A stretch of DNA of 64,000 nt from the human T2T-CHM13v2.0 reference genome, Homo sapiens (GCF_009914755.1 NC_060932.1), one strand, 5' to 3'; shown: positions 12,011-26,049, numbered from the stretch's first letter. Numbers and translations: made by a program. Notes: generated by a model not told the origin, from the sequence alone.

Positions 12011-14723
12011 TAGGGGAGTGAGCAGGAAAGACGCATCCTAAAGCAGACCTTAGTGCATCCCTCCTGCTTTCTTCTAGAGACTGCAGCATCTGGGCTGAGG
12101 GGGCAGCACTCCTGGGGACCTGATTTCCAGGGGGCGGCCAGGCCAGCAGGAGCACCACCCGTGACAGCTGGCAGCCAAGGCACCCACGCTCTTCAACCCG
12201 GAGGCTCTCCCTGACCAGGAAGGGCCTGGGAGAAGTAAGCCTCTTTCTTGGTCTGCTACAGACATTTATGCTAATGGTGCTTCTCTTCCGGGCCTAGCTT
12301 TCACCTCCTCTGACAGGTAATGAACTCCCCAAGTCCAATTACAGGCCACCTCTTCCATCCTTCTTTTCTCAAGGAAAAAAAAAATTGAAAATAAAAAGTC
12401 CAAACACAGAAGGCCCACAGCCAGGCCCTGCATGTCAGGCCAGTGACAGGCAGGCTGGGCACAGCCTCCCTCTGATTAAGAGGATGAGCACCAAGCAGGC
12501 CTAGGAGCCCCAGCAAGTCCTCACTACAACTTCTCTCCACACCTCTCAATGAACAGGCAGCTTGTCAGGAACAAGGAGACGCCGGGCAGGCAGTGGGGCA
12601 AGATTGCAGGCAGGTACCCAGGCTGTCACCACCGCCAGACAGGGCCCGTGTCACCCCACCCTGCCTGCCAGCGCCTGCCCCTGCCGTCTACATCTTCCCC
12701 AGCCTTTCACACACCCCACATGGTGACAAGTGAGCACTTCCATCAGCCAAAGAGAGTGCAAGGACTGGGTGGCTTGTGCAACTTCCCTTCATCCTGCCCT
12801 GGAGTGGTCTGGTGCTAGAGGTGACCTGGAGTCCACCTTCCTCATCCCGTCTTCCCAAAATCAGTGATGCCCTCAAGAGATTTGTGGCAGGCGGACCCGG
12901 AGAGTCGCAGGGGCCTCCTAAATGGCCTGTGAGACAAACTGAGCTTTGGCTGGTACTTTGGGAATCATAGAAAATGAGCAACAGAGGCCTGCTCAGGTGC
13001 AGAAATTGACCAGGCTCTTTGAGTCAAATCACCCTGGCGCTCCTTGGACCAATTAACCACACACCTGCTCCTCCCTGCAGAGATTCTAGGCACCAGCAGA
13101 GATTCTAGGAGGGCCTCACGATTCCACTCCCGCCCCAGCATAATCCCATGCATTGAGATGTCTCACTCCAGGCCCCACAGGTAAGGCCCTTGGTGTCCTC
13201 CTGTAGGCTTGGCCTCCCTCAATCACAGGGACCAGGCTCACTCAGCCACGCCTCCCACAAAAGCCCAAGCCTTGCATGACTGAGTTGATCTCCATAACCG
13301 CTCCCTACTCGGTGATCTCAGTTAGCCTCTCCTTGCCAGTTTTCCTGGGAAATGCCCCACCTGTCACTGACTCCCTGTCTGTCTCAATAGGTGAGTGGTA
13401 CTGGCTTTGAGGCCTCCCACAGGTGGAGAACCCACACACACCACACACAATTCCATGCCTTTTCCAGACCAGATGATGCCTTCTACACAGACAGCCACGT
13501 GAATTTTGCCGCTTGGAGTGGGGTAATGTTGTAGCCCCAACTCTTGCCTGACAACCAGGATTAAATTAATACTTATGTGCAACTACTGTGTACTCGGTAC
13601 CTTTGGAAAAATGCCCCTTATCTTCTCCTGAGATTGGTCTAGAAGGAGACCTACTCTCCTTGGCATAGATTTGTGGCTTTGGCCATATCCAAAGAAGGCT
13701 GGGTAGAAGCCTATGTGTCCATCCCAGAGAGAAGTAAATCATCTGGGATGCCTTAAACTCAATGTGAGGTGAGAAGCGAGAAAGTGGACCACATTGACAA
13801 AGGCTGAAGGGTGAAGAATGATAGGTGAGGCAGGTTCCATAACTCCTAAAGGGAAGGGACTGCCTTGGTGGTCTTCCTGTTCCTCAAAAAAATATTTGCT
13901 GAATGAAGGAGACACAGGAATCAGGTTATATGGTGGCTCTCCTCACGTCTTCAGCACCAGAAAGACTTATTATGTGTCCTCTTTAGGGATTAATTCAACC
14001 CTCGTCACCCCTAATGATTGCCCCCTAAGGAAAGAAGGCCACGAAGAAGAAAGATGCTGGGGAAATGAGATCAAGAATAAAGGATGGTGAGAGAACGCAC
14101 TTGGGCCAAATCAAGAAACATGTTACTCCTCTCCACCTTACACCAGGAACTCTGGCCTGCTCAGCAATAGCCAAGCAGCTCTAGGAAGCCATCATGTGTT
14201 TCATAAATTGCAAAATTGGTATAGAAAGAAGGAGAGAGGGAGGAAGAGAAGGAGAGTGAGAAAAATGATCTGCTCCCAACTACTCGCTAAGCTACAGAAG
14301 AACTCACAAATATATAACCTTTCATTTGCAATGTGGTAGCATCCCCCCTTGAAAAGGGGAATATAAAGTTATGGAGATGTAGATAAACAGAAACTAAATG
14401 CCAGCTCCCATCCATGACAAGGAAGAACATATATCAAATTCATTAATTATGATCCAGTTTGTGCTTGCACTGTGAAAGATAATCATTTACCATCAAAGAG
14501 ATGCCCTTCCCTTATTAAAGCCGCTGAGACTCTCAGGAAGTGCTCAAGGGTTTGAAATTCTGTATTTGAATTTCACACATGCTCTTTACTGCTGGGACCA
14601 AAACTCAATCAACACTTGATAGTGCTGACATCAACATTCAAGCCACAGGGGTCTTCACTCCTTTACAACAGACCTACAGATTGGGTCTGGCTAATGCATT
14701 TGCTAATTTGTTCTCCTCTGGAT

Positions 14724-14725
<2 letters not shown>

Positions 14726-14755
<30 letters not shown>
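14726..14755. repeat. (TG)n microsatellite
   Basis: Seen directly. Confidence 0.95.
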
Positions 14756-14758
<3 letters not shown>

Positions 14759-15465
14759 CACGCATGTAACATATGCAAAAGCCTATATCTTTTTTCAAAT
14801 GGAGTTGAGGTAGGAGTAAAAGAACCGAGGAACAACTAACTTCATCTCTCACATGCCCAAGGCCTGAGAGGAACCCAGCCGCCCAGTAGTGGAATCCATG
14901 TCTTCGCTTTCATCTCAAAGCCAAACCAACGTGAACAGGTTGCTTAGAGACCAGGCTCCTCTTTCAACTCTGGGCCCGAGCCTTTGGTCCATGCCCAGAC
15001 AGGGCTTGAGTTAGAAGCTGGAGCTCAGAGGTTATTGCTCTTTCCTTCACAAGTTCTTTGGCAGTACCTTAATTCTGATTTGCCTTTTCCAAGCCTGTTT
15101 CTTGCTCTAGGATTCAGGCCGATCCAGAGAAAGTCATTGGGTTTCCTGACTCACGACACTAAGTGTTCAATGAAAGCATATTAAATGGTATTGATGCCAT
15201 AGATGGACTGCAATGGACTGGAACAGATGGAATATAGTTTAGAAAGAGCCTACTGCCAGCCAAAGAGACCTTTCCTTTCCTCAAGCTTCCCACTGAAAGC
15301 GTAGAGATTTCCACAGAGTCTATAGCATACTATAGCATACAGCACACATAGCCTAACATACACTATAACATATAACATAGTCTATAGCATATAGCACATG
15401 TAACATAGCACATACTATAGCATACGAATAGTCTATAGCATATAGCATACATAGCCTAACATATA

Positions 15466-15671
15466 TTAGGTTGGTGCAAAAGCAATTGCAGTTTTTGCCA
15501 TTGAAAGTAATGGCAGAATATAATATAGCATATGCTATATTACACATACTATATTGCTGTAGACCATGCTATATGGTATAGTATATGCTATGCTATGTAT
15601 GCCAAATGCTATCGCCCATGCTATATGCCATAGTAATGGCAAAAACCGCAGTTACTTTTACATCAATCTAA
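15466..15671. mobile_element. MADE1 (Hsmar1-derived MITE) split by a 116-bp insert
   Basis: TIRs ttaggttggtgcaaaagcaattgcagtttttgccatt / aatggcaaaaaccgcagttacttttacatcaatctaa, TA flanks. Confidence 0.9.
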
Positions 15672-15751
15672 TACTATAGAATATAACATAGTCTATAGCA
15701 TGTAGCACATGCAGCACAGCATATAGTATAGCATATAGCATGGTCTATAGC

Positions 15752-16115
15752 TGATAAGGTTTGGCTGTGTCCCCACCCAAATCTCATCTTGAATTGTAGG
15801 TCCCATAATCCCCACATGTCATGGGAGGGACCCAGTGGGAGGTAATTGAATCGTGGGGGCAGTTTCCCCCATGCTGTTCTCATGTTAGTGAGTAAGTTCT
15901 CATGAGAACTGATGGTTTTATAAGTGTCTGGCATTTCCCCCGCTGGCACTCATTCTCTCCCCTGCCACCCTGTGAAGAGGTGCCTTCTACCATGATTGTA
16001 AGTTCCCTGAGGTCTCCCCAGGCATGCAGAGCTGTGAGTCAATTAAACCTCTTTCTTTTATAAATTACCTAGTCCCAGGCAGTTCTTTATAGCAGCATGA
16101 GAATGGACTATAGCA
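15752..16115 (+). mobile_element. THE1 (D-like) solo LTR
   Basis: tgataaggtttggctgtgtccccacccaaatctc...gcagcatgagaatggacta. Confidence 0.92.
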
Positions 16116-16678
16116 TATAGCACACGTAGCATAGCACATACTATAGCACAGAACATAGTAACATAGTCTATCACATACACAGCCTAACATATACTATAGC
16201 ATATAACATAGTCTATAGCATATAACACATGTAGCATAGCCTATACTGTAGCATGTAGCAAGTTCTATAGCATATAGCACATGTAGCATAGCACATACTC
16301 TAGTATGTAACATAGTCTATAACATAGAGCATTTATAGCATAGCTCATACTACAGCATATAGCATGGTCTATAGCATATAGCATGCATAGCCTAACATAT
16401 ACTATAGCATATAACATAGCCTGTAGTATATAGTGTATATAGCATAGCATATACTATAGCATATAAAGCATGGTATATACTGTGGCATATAGCATGGTCT
16501 ATAGCATATAGCACACATAGCATAGCATATACTATAGCATATAGCATGGTCAATAGCATATAGAATTGTGATATAGCATAGCTCATACTATAGCATATAG
16601 CTTAATGTATAACATATAGCATATAGCATACAGAGCATACTATATACTATAGCATATAACATAGTCTACAGCATATAG

Positions 16679-17035
16679 TGATAAGGTTTGGCTGTGTCCC
16701 CACCCAAATCTCACCTTGAATTGTAATAATCTCCACATGTCAAGAGTGGGGCCAGGTAGAGATAATTGAATCATGGGAGTGGTTTCCCCCATATTATTCT
16801 CATGGTAGTGAATATGTCTTACAAGATCTGATGGTTTTATAAATGGGAGTTCCCTTGCACAAGCTCTCTTGCCTGCCTCCCTGTAAGATGTGACTTTGCT
16901 CCTCATTTGCCTTCTGCCATGATTGTGAGACCTCCCCAGCCATGTAGAACTGTGAGTCCATTAAACCTCTTTCCATTAATAAATTACCCAGTTTCAGGTA
17001 TGTCTTTATTAGCAGCATTAGAACAGATTATTACA
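16679..17035 (+). mobile_element. THE1 (C-like) solo LTR
   Basis: tgataaggtttggctgtg...tgtaataatctccacatgtcaagag...gaacagattattaca; TSD tatag/tagag. Confidence 0.92.
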
Positions 17036-17469
17036 TAGAGCATATATAGCATAGCACATACTATAGCATATAAAGCATAGCATATACTATGGCATATAGT
17101 GTGGTCTATAGCATATAGGTTACATAGCATAAGATATACTATAGCATATAGCATAGTCTACAGCATATAGCATATATAACATATAAGATATACTATAGCA
17201 TATAGCATGGTCTATAGCATTTGGCATACACAGCATAGCATATACTATACCATATAGCATGGTCTATAGCAATATAGCATATATAACATAGCATAAGATA
17301 TACTATAGCATATAGCATGCTCCATAGCATTTGGCATTCACAGCATACCATGTACTATAGCATATAGCATGCTCTATAGAAAACTATAGTCTATAGCCTT
17401 TTTGACCGTAGGCTGAGTGAGGTAAATCTGCCTTGAAATGAAATTTTTATGCAGTATCAAAGATAATAA

Positions 17470-17620
17470 TAATAATGCTGAATCCTCTCACTGCCTAATG
17501 AGGTGCTGTTGTTATCTTCATTTTGCCATAAGAAACTCTGGCCAGAGAGGCGAGGTAACTTGCTCAAGATCATACAGCTAAGAAGGGACAGAGAAGGAAT
17601 TCAGAGCTGGCCCTCTGTGA
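17470..17620 (-). mobile_element. MIR
   Basis: aatcctctcac...cttcattttgccataagaaactctggccagagaggcgaggtaacttgctcaagatcatacagc. Confidence 0.65.
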
Positions 17621-19139
17621 ATAAACTAGGTGTGGGCAGGCAGAAGGCCTGGCCCTCTGTGTGGAATATTATTTGTGTGGCACATCTTCCCAACCCCAGA
17701 GGACCCATAAGAGGCATGAATGCAACACACCCTCTTGAATTACTGACAGAGGGAATTCCTCCCTGCGATTTCTCTTGCTTTGGTATCAAGCACTGAGCTG
17801 TCCTTTTGGCTCTCTCGTGAACAGGCGAGGGCAGGTCTGACTGTGTTGAACAGAAGGGAAGGCTGAAGCACAGAGAGGTACAATACAGTGAGAAGTCCGA
17901 GGTCAGGCCCAGATTATAACTTGAGTCATCTGGCCCCATCCCCAGTCACTCCCAGCCCCAGGGCACAGCCCTGCCTCCTCCTCTCCCACCTGTGTCTGTG
18001 ACCCGCCAGCCTGAGGCACTGGCAGCCTGAGGCATCAGGGATCAAGTCTTTCGGATAGAGTTCTTGACACCAGATGCTTTTGGAGTGGCCAGGCAGGGCA
18101 GGAAGGATGACTCTTGTAGGGGAAGGAAGGACACCATTTCCAAAAATAGAGTAAGAAAAGGCCGGAGGAGTAAGCAGTGTGCCCCAGAGACAAGAAGCGC
18201 CAGGTCCAGCGGGAGAGAGGGAGCTCAAAATACCACATCGAGAGAGCCCAAGGTTCCACTCGGGATCAACAAGCGCCCACTCCACCCCGAGTGCCAATTA
18301 CTCACATTTTCCCACACAGCACCCAGATTTCCTCCTCCCGGCTTCATGACCTGGCCCCAAAGGCAATTTTTAAAAGGGGATTTCTATGCCTAGGCTGTGT
18401 TGTTATTTCTCCCTTCTTTCAACTCCCATCGAAGCTTCTTTCTGAAACTCTCTAAAGAAGAAAAAGTGAGATGTATAATTTACATATCCTAATGTGTATG
18501 ATTCTAAAATATGACACTCTCCCTCTGCAGGGCCTCCTTCTAGCAAGCTGGTCCCTGGTCAATACCCTTGCTTGCCTCCCACCCTGAACATCTAACTGCA
18601 CCTGCTACGTTCCAGACACCAGACTCAGCACTGACAGCAATACAAAGAAGTAGAAAACAAAGTTACTGCCCTAAAGAGAATTGAAGTCTAGGAAATTAAG
18701 AGTTCTTTTTCTGCCACTACAAACTCAGGCCAGTGATGACCTGTGCCTCAGTTGTCCCTCTGAGTCCTTTGGCAAACTGTGCTGTCCTCTCTCATAAAGA
18801 CCAGGTAGCGGGAGCTAGCCACTCTTTCAGGGAATGATGATAGTGGATATTAAGTACCTACTCAGTGCCACGCACTGGGCAAGAAGTTTGACAAACATTC
18901 CTTAGGTCCCCAAGTGTACTCTTCAAGAGAGGTACTGTCATCTCCACTAAGAAGTCCTGCCTCTGGGAAGTCAAGCAAACTCTCCACAGTCCCCCAGCGA
19001 GTGAGGGCAGAGAGGGGATTTAAATCACACACCCCAGAACGTGGTGGAATCACCCCTGAATAGAGTGGGTAGTTGAATCACACTAATAATTGGATAAACT
19101 GTCAAGACCAACTTCCACGGCATTTACTGAACACATGCA

Positions 19140-19918
<779 letters not shown>

Positions 19919-20329
19919 TCAAATGAGGAGACAAGAGCCTCCAGGAGACTAAGCCATTTCCCCAAAGTCATTCAACTGGTTCAGGGGACTCGAAGAGAAG
20001 TTTTCTGATGCTGAGCCCAGTGTTCCCCCCATCATGTGGACAGGGCTGGAGGGGCAGGCAAGGTTGAGTGAGAGTGCATGGGTCTTTCAGACTCACCACC
20101 AGCCCAGGTAGTATCTCCCAGGAGAAGGCAAGAGGGTGTAAGCCCCAGAAGTATCTGAGGCTGGAGGGCAAGGCTGAGTCACAGAAGCATGACAAGATGA
20201 GGAACAACAAAGGGGCTTCCAACAGCTTACTCAGGGGACAATCCAACGCCAGCCCCACCAACAGGCCTTGGACGCCAGCAAGGCTGAGGGCACTGAAAAT
20301 TCCTACAGCCTTCTGAACTCTCAAGCAAT

Positions 20330-20730
20330 GACTCCATCAATCTATGAATACTTGTTGAGCACCTATTCTGGAAAAGGCACAGGATGGAGCCTCAGAGGAG
20401 CCAGAAAAATGAGCCTGCTGAGCTCTCACTGTCTTCCGTGTGCTGCTGTGTCTCCTCCTAGGACTGTGTTTTCTCTGTGAGGAATGTGTAATCCCTCTTG
20501 TTGGGGAGAGAACATGCAAGTGCATAAAAATGTAATTAAACCCGCAGTAGGAGGGGCTAAGATCCCAGCAGAGTGCCAGGAATATGAGTTTTAGGTGCCC
20601 AGAGAGAGGAGGAAGGAGAGAATTCCAAATGGCTGGCAGAGCCAGGGAAGGGCATAGCCCTTCGTTCCATGGGGTTTTGAGCACAAAAGCAAAAAAATTC
20701 TCCCTGTCTGCCAGCTATGACAGAGTGGAG
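20330..20730 (-). mobile_element. L2 fragment
   Basis: atacttgttgagcacctattctg...; approximate. Confidence 0.5.
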
Positions 20731-21309
20731 TTAAAGCAGGATTTCACACTGGGGGTTGTGCCTCAATTAGGGGCGTCATTATCTGAATATTTAATTACAT
20801 AACAGAAAACATCAGATTGCACCACATGTAGCAAAGGTAAGTCAACACAAAAACACAAGAAAAATGCGTGCATCCACAGATATACGTGTGTGTGTGTGTG
20901 TATGCTGGGCCACAGCGGAAAATACGTTTCTTGCTGTGGATTATGGTCCAAGTTTGAAATACACTGAAATAGAATGGAGAGGGAAATGGCCCTGGAGAAA
21001 GGTACTTCATTTAAGAAGGAAAGGAGTTAGCAAAGGTGAGGACTAAAGAAGAGAGAGAGCATGGCAACGATTCCTGGTCTCTAGCTCCCCTCCTGCTGGC
21101 GTCCTGCCCACATCCCTGGCCAGAGTATGTTCCCTCCATGCTGGCCTCCCCTATCCTCTCTGCACCCCCAGTCTGAATCCTTCCCTTCCTGCAAACTGGC
21201 AGTGATTATCCCATGGCCTTGGCTCCTCAGACCTCCCACATCTCCTAGCACCCCACACCAGGCATCTCATTCTTTAAGTGTTTCATGTGCAAGGCCAGAG
21301 AACCCTGGG

Positions 21310-21520
21310 CCTGGAGTAGCTGTGTGACTTTGGGAAAATCACTGAGCCTCTCTGAGCCTCTTAATCTGGCAGCTATGAATGATAACTGAATGCATCTTGT
21401 CTCTTTTATAATACCATAAACATCTCTCGAGGGAGAACCGTATCTTCCACTAATTTGGTAAACCACTGCCCATTGGTGTTGTGAGTAGTGCTAGACATAT
21501 GTAGATACTTGATATTGTTA
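21310..21520 (+). mobile_element. MIR
   Basis: tagctgtgtgactttgggaaaatcactgagcctctctgagcctc. Confidence 0.6.
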
Positions 21521-21705
21521 CTTAACTTGGAAACTGTGCTGAGTAAAAGGAAAAAGAAATTAATTAACAAACACCAACACCATCACCTTCTATACTGGCA
21601 TGATAGCAACAGCTGACACACACACAGAACAGAAGAGGCAGTTTATAAGCATGCAAGTTATATAGTTACACTGTACTCCCAACACACACTCAGAAATAAA
21701 CCATG

Positions 21706-21798
21706 GTCTACTTGTCACCATCTTGAAATTCTTAATTTCTGAGCAAGAGACTCATATTTTCACTTTGCACTAAGCTTTGCAAATGCTGCAGTCTGTCT
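21706..21798. mobile_element. MER91-like hAT relic
   Basis: tgtcaccatcttgaaattcttaatt...gagcaagagactcatattttcactttgcact...gcaaat. Confidence 0.6.
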
Positions 21799-23549
21799 TA
21801 ACCACATCTACAAAGACACACTAACAAATACATTTTGGGAATGTGTTGACTCCTTTAAAATTCTCCCTTCCAGGAGTTAGAACAGGTGGTGTTGACCTGT
21901 AAAGCGTGCATATAAAATTTCTCATCTGGCCAAGGGCAAGATTCCCATGTCAAGCAGCTGATCTCCCCTACAAGGGAGCTGCCAGACACTGGTTTGCAAT
22001 GACAGGGCTTTGCTCCAACCGTGAAATTCATTTGTGTGCAATGAGTACTGAGCCCTGTCTAGTGGTTCTCACAGTGCCTCCTAGACCCACAGGAAAGCCA
22101 GCCTTTGAGATAAAATCTTAACCATCCTGCCCGCTAAAAAGAATCTACGCGAAAAGACGAAGGTGGTCCAAATCACTCCTGTTTCTCCCTACAAATACAG
22201 TCAAAGCAACACTAGATGAGCAGAAGCTAAAACACAAAGCTCGGGAGTGTTAAAAAAAAAAAAAAAAAAAAAGGCTGAGCCTTGGTCCAGTCCTTTGCCC
22301 TCCAGAAAAGCCATGCTCAGATGGCTAAATAATACTGTTTAGTGGAGATAAGGACTCTAAGAGCTCAAATAAAAGGCAAATCGCTGCAGGAAAGGCTTGG
22401 ACAGGAGGTGGAACTTCAGCTGTGCATGGAGGCAGCAGCATCAGCAACGGCTCCAAGGTGACCCCTGAACCTTGTCTGCAGGGAACACCCAGGAGAGTGG
22501 CTGCTGGAGCAGATGGAGCAAACAGAGGTGCTATGTGGGGAGTAGCAAGAAATATAAGGATTCCTCTGGGGGTTATTCTCATGATGGCCAAGGTGGCTGG
22601 ACTTGATCTTATGGGTAATGAGAAAACAGATAGACACCAAGCCTGGTTCCACCTAGGGATAGAAAGCCCAAAGAAACCTACTGCAAGGCTGAACTCCCAG
22701 CAGAAAGGCCACCTGCTCCAGGAAGCAGCTCCTGCTCACCGTGTGCAAGGAGCCTGGTCCAGATTCACCACCTGAAGCCACACCAAGGGCCACACACATC
22801 CCACAGAAGGAGGGAGGCTGGGGGCAGAAAGGCCAGGTCTGCCTGTGAGAGATCCTTGCTCCACCCACCCTGGGCCTCTGCCCCTTCTGCCTGGCTTTCC
22901 AGATTCCAGCTGTCCTGCCTGGGAGGCTCCTCCAGCTGTGGCCAAATTAGTCACATCTGCCCTGGCCCCGCATTGGTTTCTCACCACATATGTATGGTAC
23001 ATTGCAATTTGCAAAGTGCTTGTCACAAAGATTGTCTCATTTAATCCTCAAGAGCCCTGGGAGGCTGGCTGGAGAAATGAGAATCAGGAATCCAGGACTG
23101 CAGGCATCTGATTCTAAACCCATATGCCTTTTTCAAGTATAGTGATTTCCCCTTTATTTGGGCTCATAGAGCCCTTATCTCCACCACAGTGTTATTTAGC
23201 TATCTAGGCATGGCTTTCGTGGAGGGCAAAAGACTAGACCAAGACTCAGCCTTTTTTTTTAAACACAAAAATCACAAAAAGAATCCTGGTTACTTAACTT
23301 CTGTATGCCTATGTCCTTATCTGTAAAGACCTGGGTCACTGTGATTAGAGTACTACGATTACTCTATCAGATTATTTCTTCATGTGCATCCCCACTACCT
23401 GTGATCTTGACAGTGATATGAGTCTTTGTCTACCCAGCACCTACCACATGACCCAGCATGGTTGGCCTACACATAGGCTGAGTGATGGGCTTACACCTGA
23501 CATCCTTGCTCAATGGTGCAGATGGCATCAATTGCTGTCAGATGAATTT

Positions 23550-24170
23550 AAAAAGGAGAAAGGGAGGGAGGGAGGGAGGGAGGGAGGAAGAAGGAAGGAA
23601 GGAAGGGAGGGAGGGAAGGAAGGAAGGAAGGAAGGAAGGAAGGGAGGGAGGGAGGGAGGGAGGGAGGGAAGGAGGAAGAAGGAAGGAAGGAAGGAAGAGA
23701 GGGAAAGAAGGAAGGAAGGGAAAGAAGGAAGAGAGGGAAAGAAGGAAGGGAGGGAAAGAAGGAAGGGAGGGAAAGAAGGAAGGGAGGGAAAGAAGGAAGG
23801 GAGGGAAAGAAGGAAGAGAGGGAAAGAAGGAAGAGAGGGAAAGAAGGAAGTGAGGGAAGGTAGGAGGGAGGGAGGAAGGAAAGAAGGAACGGAGAGAACG
23901 TAGGAGAGAGGCAAAAAGAGAGGAAGGAAGAGAGGGAGAGATGGAGAGAGGGAGAGAGGGAGGAGGGAAGGAAGGAAGGAAGGAAGAAAAGAGGAAGGGA
24001 GGGCATGAGGGAGGAAGAAAAGAAGGAAGGGAAAGAAGGAAGGAACAAATGAACAAAGGAAGGAAGGAATGAAGGAAGGAAAGAAAAGAAGAGGAGAAGA
24101 AGGGAGAGAGGGAAGGAGGAAGGAAGGAAGGAATGAAAAGCGGAAGAGAGAGAGAGGGAGGGAGGGAGCA
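23550..24170 (+). repeat. ~620-bp polypurine (GGAA/GGGA) low-complexity tract
   Basis: Nearly pyrimidine-free; follows an L2-like 3' end (~23410-23550). Confidence 0.95.
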
Positions 24171-24530
24171 GACTCCATTTTCTCCTTCGTTCCCTCTTTG
24201 CCCCATCCCAGGAGAACACAGTCCTTCTGACTTTCATGTACACTACGATGGTTATAATAGCAGTTTTACATGCTTCAAGGGACTGTGGTGCAGAGGACAC
24301 AGGAATGGGTGGTGTGATCAAGTACTGTCTTAGCAAAGCACTGTGTGCAAATGAGACACTCAAGACAGCATCATTAGCATATGACAGTGCCATTTCTGGG
24401 CCATGGTCCACAAAACCTTAACAACAAGAACTGCAAGTGTGAGGACTGTGTGCAGAGAGGGTGACTCCCCAGCGGGAGGGCCAAGGGACCTCTTCTGACT
24501 TACAGAGCTGTGAAGCCCTAAGACCCCCTC

Positions 24531-24558
<28 letters not shown>
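24531..24558. repeat. (CA)n microsatellite
   Basis: Seen directly. Confidence 0.95.
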
Positions 24559-24562
<4 letters not shown>

Positions 24563-24639
24563 CTAACATTCTCCCTTCCCATCACCCCAGGTCAACTGCA
24601 AGACTGAAAAGTAGTGACAAAGTTCCTGCATAGGTTTCT

Positions 24640-25450
24640 TTTAATTAAGCTCACACACAAAAAGAACCGCTCTGGGTTTTGTCTGTTGTAACTTTTGTTC
24701 CCTGGTCTGTTTGTACTTATTCAGAAATTACATAATTTTTAAAAAAATATATTAAGTAAATATGCACATCAGCCTGTCAAGTTACCTGGGCTCACCTTCA
24801 CTTGGGAACCACACTGACAGCCCCTTTATTTCTCTTACTTGTTTTTAAGCACAAAATATGTCACACCTGGAAGTAATTAGCATAATTTTTACTAATTTAT
24901 AGCTAATTACACAATTACTTTTCTATGAAAGGTTCTGGAAAGACACTTGAAGTAAGTTTCACGAAATCTAGTGGCAAGAAATTGCTTGAAAACATTCTGT
25001 TAGCTTCAAACATTTAGGAGGAGGGAGGGGGAACGCCCAATAAAGTAATTCTCTCCTATTTCAGAGTGTTCAAATATGACAGGGATATAATTTCTCCAGT
25101 AATTTACAAAACAGAATGTCTAGATGTCTCTGCTAAGCCAACCTAATCAGAGACTGCTCTAGGGAAAGGCTCCAAAAAGAAGCATTGTCAAGAGCACCCA
25201 ACACAGAACCTAAAAGGCACTGTTTTTTTTTTTTTTTTACTGCAATTGGTTTCCTAGTAGAAATAAAACTTGGCAATGACTCTCCCTCCAGGAGTAAATC
25301 AACCTCTTGATAGAACGTGACCCCTGGCAGGTGCCTTGCTCAGCTCCTGAGAACAGGTGAGCAGGTAAGCTCAGAAGATCTGTCATGGATTCAAACCTTT
25401 GGAGCCAATAGACTGTCAAAGTGAAGTTCCAAGATGTCAAGCCTGAGTGA
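24640..25450. promoter_or_regulatory. Candidate enhancer with a TAAT cluster and TGACAG/CTGTCA motifs
   Basis: Five TAAT/CAATTA cores in 24873-24918; TGACAG-type sites at ~24774, 24815, 25077, 25380, 25413. Confidence 0.4.
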
Positions 25451-26049
25451 ATACTTTTTAAAGAGTGCAAACAGAAACAAAAAATATTCTCCAGTTCAAC
25501 TCATTCAACTCACATTTTTTTATTTCAATTGAAAATAATGTTTATTTTTTCAGATTATTACAGAAATATGTTTTCATTGTAGAAAATTTGGAAAACTGAC
25601 CATTGGAAAGAAAGAGGAAAACTGGTACAAATCATATTACCAAAAGACTAATGTTGAAGTCCTGTCATATTTTAATCCAGTCCTTTTTTCTATGTGTGTA
25701 GATATTCCATATTTTGTTTAATCAACTCCTTACATTTGTATATTCAACTCATTTACTTTTTAAACTTTAATAAATAACAATATGATGAATATTTCTTATA
25801 CATAAGTATGTGTGCTCAGCTGTGCTAGTTACCCTTTAAAATTAATATTATTTCTGTAATTTTTTGTTTTACTTATTCATTCTGTATTTGTATCATCTAT
25901 CAATTTCATAGCATTTCTCTATGAAATTATAAATTATCTAGATATTATCTAGATATGTTATTATTTAACAAACATCATATCTGAGATATAGTATATCTTT
26001 CCATGACTTGGAAATTAATTTAGATTTGTAAGGCATTTTCATTTGCTGA

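Larger units (their letters stand above)
15320..17397 (+). repeat. TATAGCA-based minisatellite with ~52-bp higher-order unit, interrupted by MADE1 and two THE1 LTRs
   Basis: Unit approx tactatagcatatagcatggtctatagcatatagcacacatagcatagcata; ggtc anchors 52 bp apart (16496/16548; 17209/17261). Confidence 0.9.

Noticed and set aside
13950-13970. REST RE1 half-site ttcagcacc
   Set aside because: The right half (ggacag) is absent
15320-17397. CRISPR-like array, or a provirus made of two LTRs flanking 560 bp
   Set aside because: Eukaryotic degenerate tandem repeat with no unique spacers; the LTRs are different subfamilies and enclose satellite, not an internal MaLR region
22251-22272. Isolated poly(A) runs (also 6905-6941) as retrocopy tails
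   Set aside because: No TSD or upstream poly(A) signal found
23382-24411. 173-287-aa ORFs on both strands
   Set aside because: Translations of the GA/TC low-complexity tract
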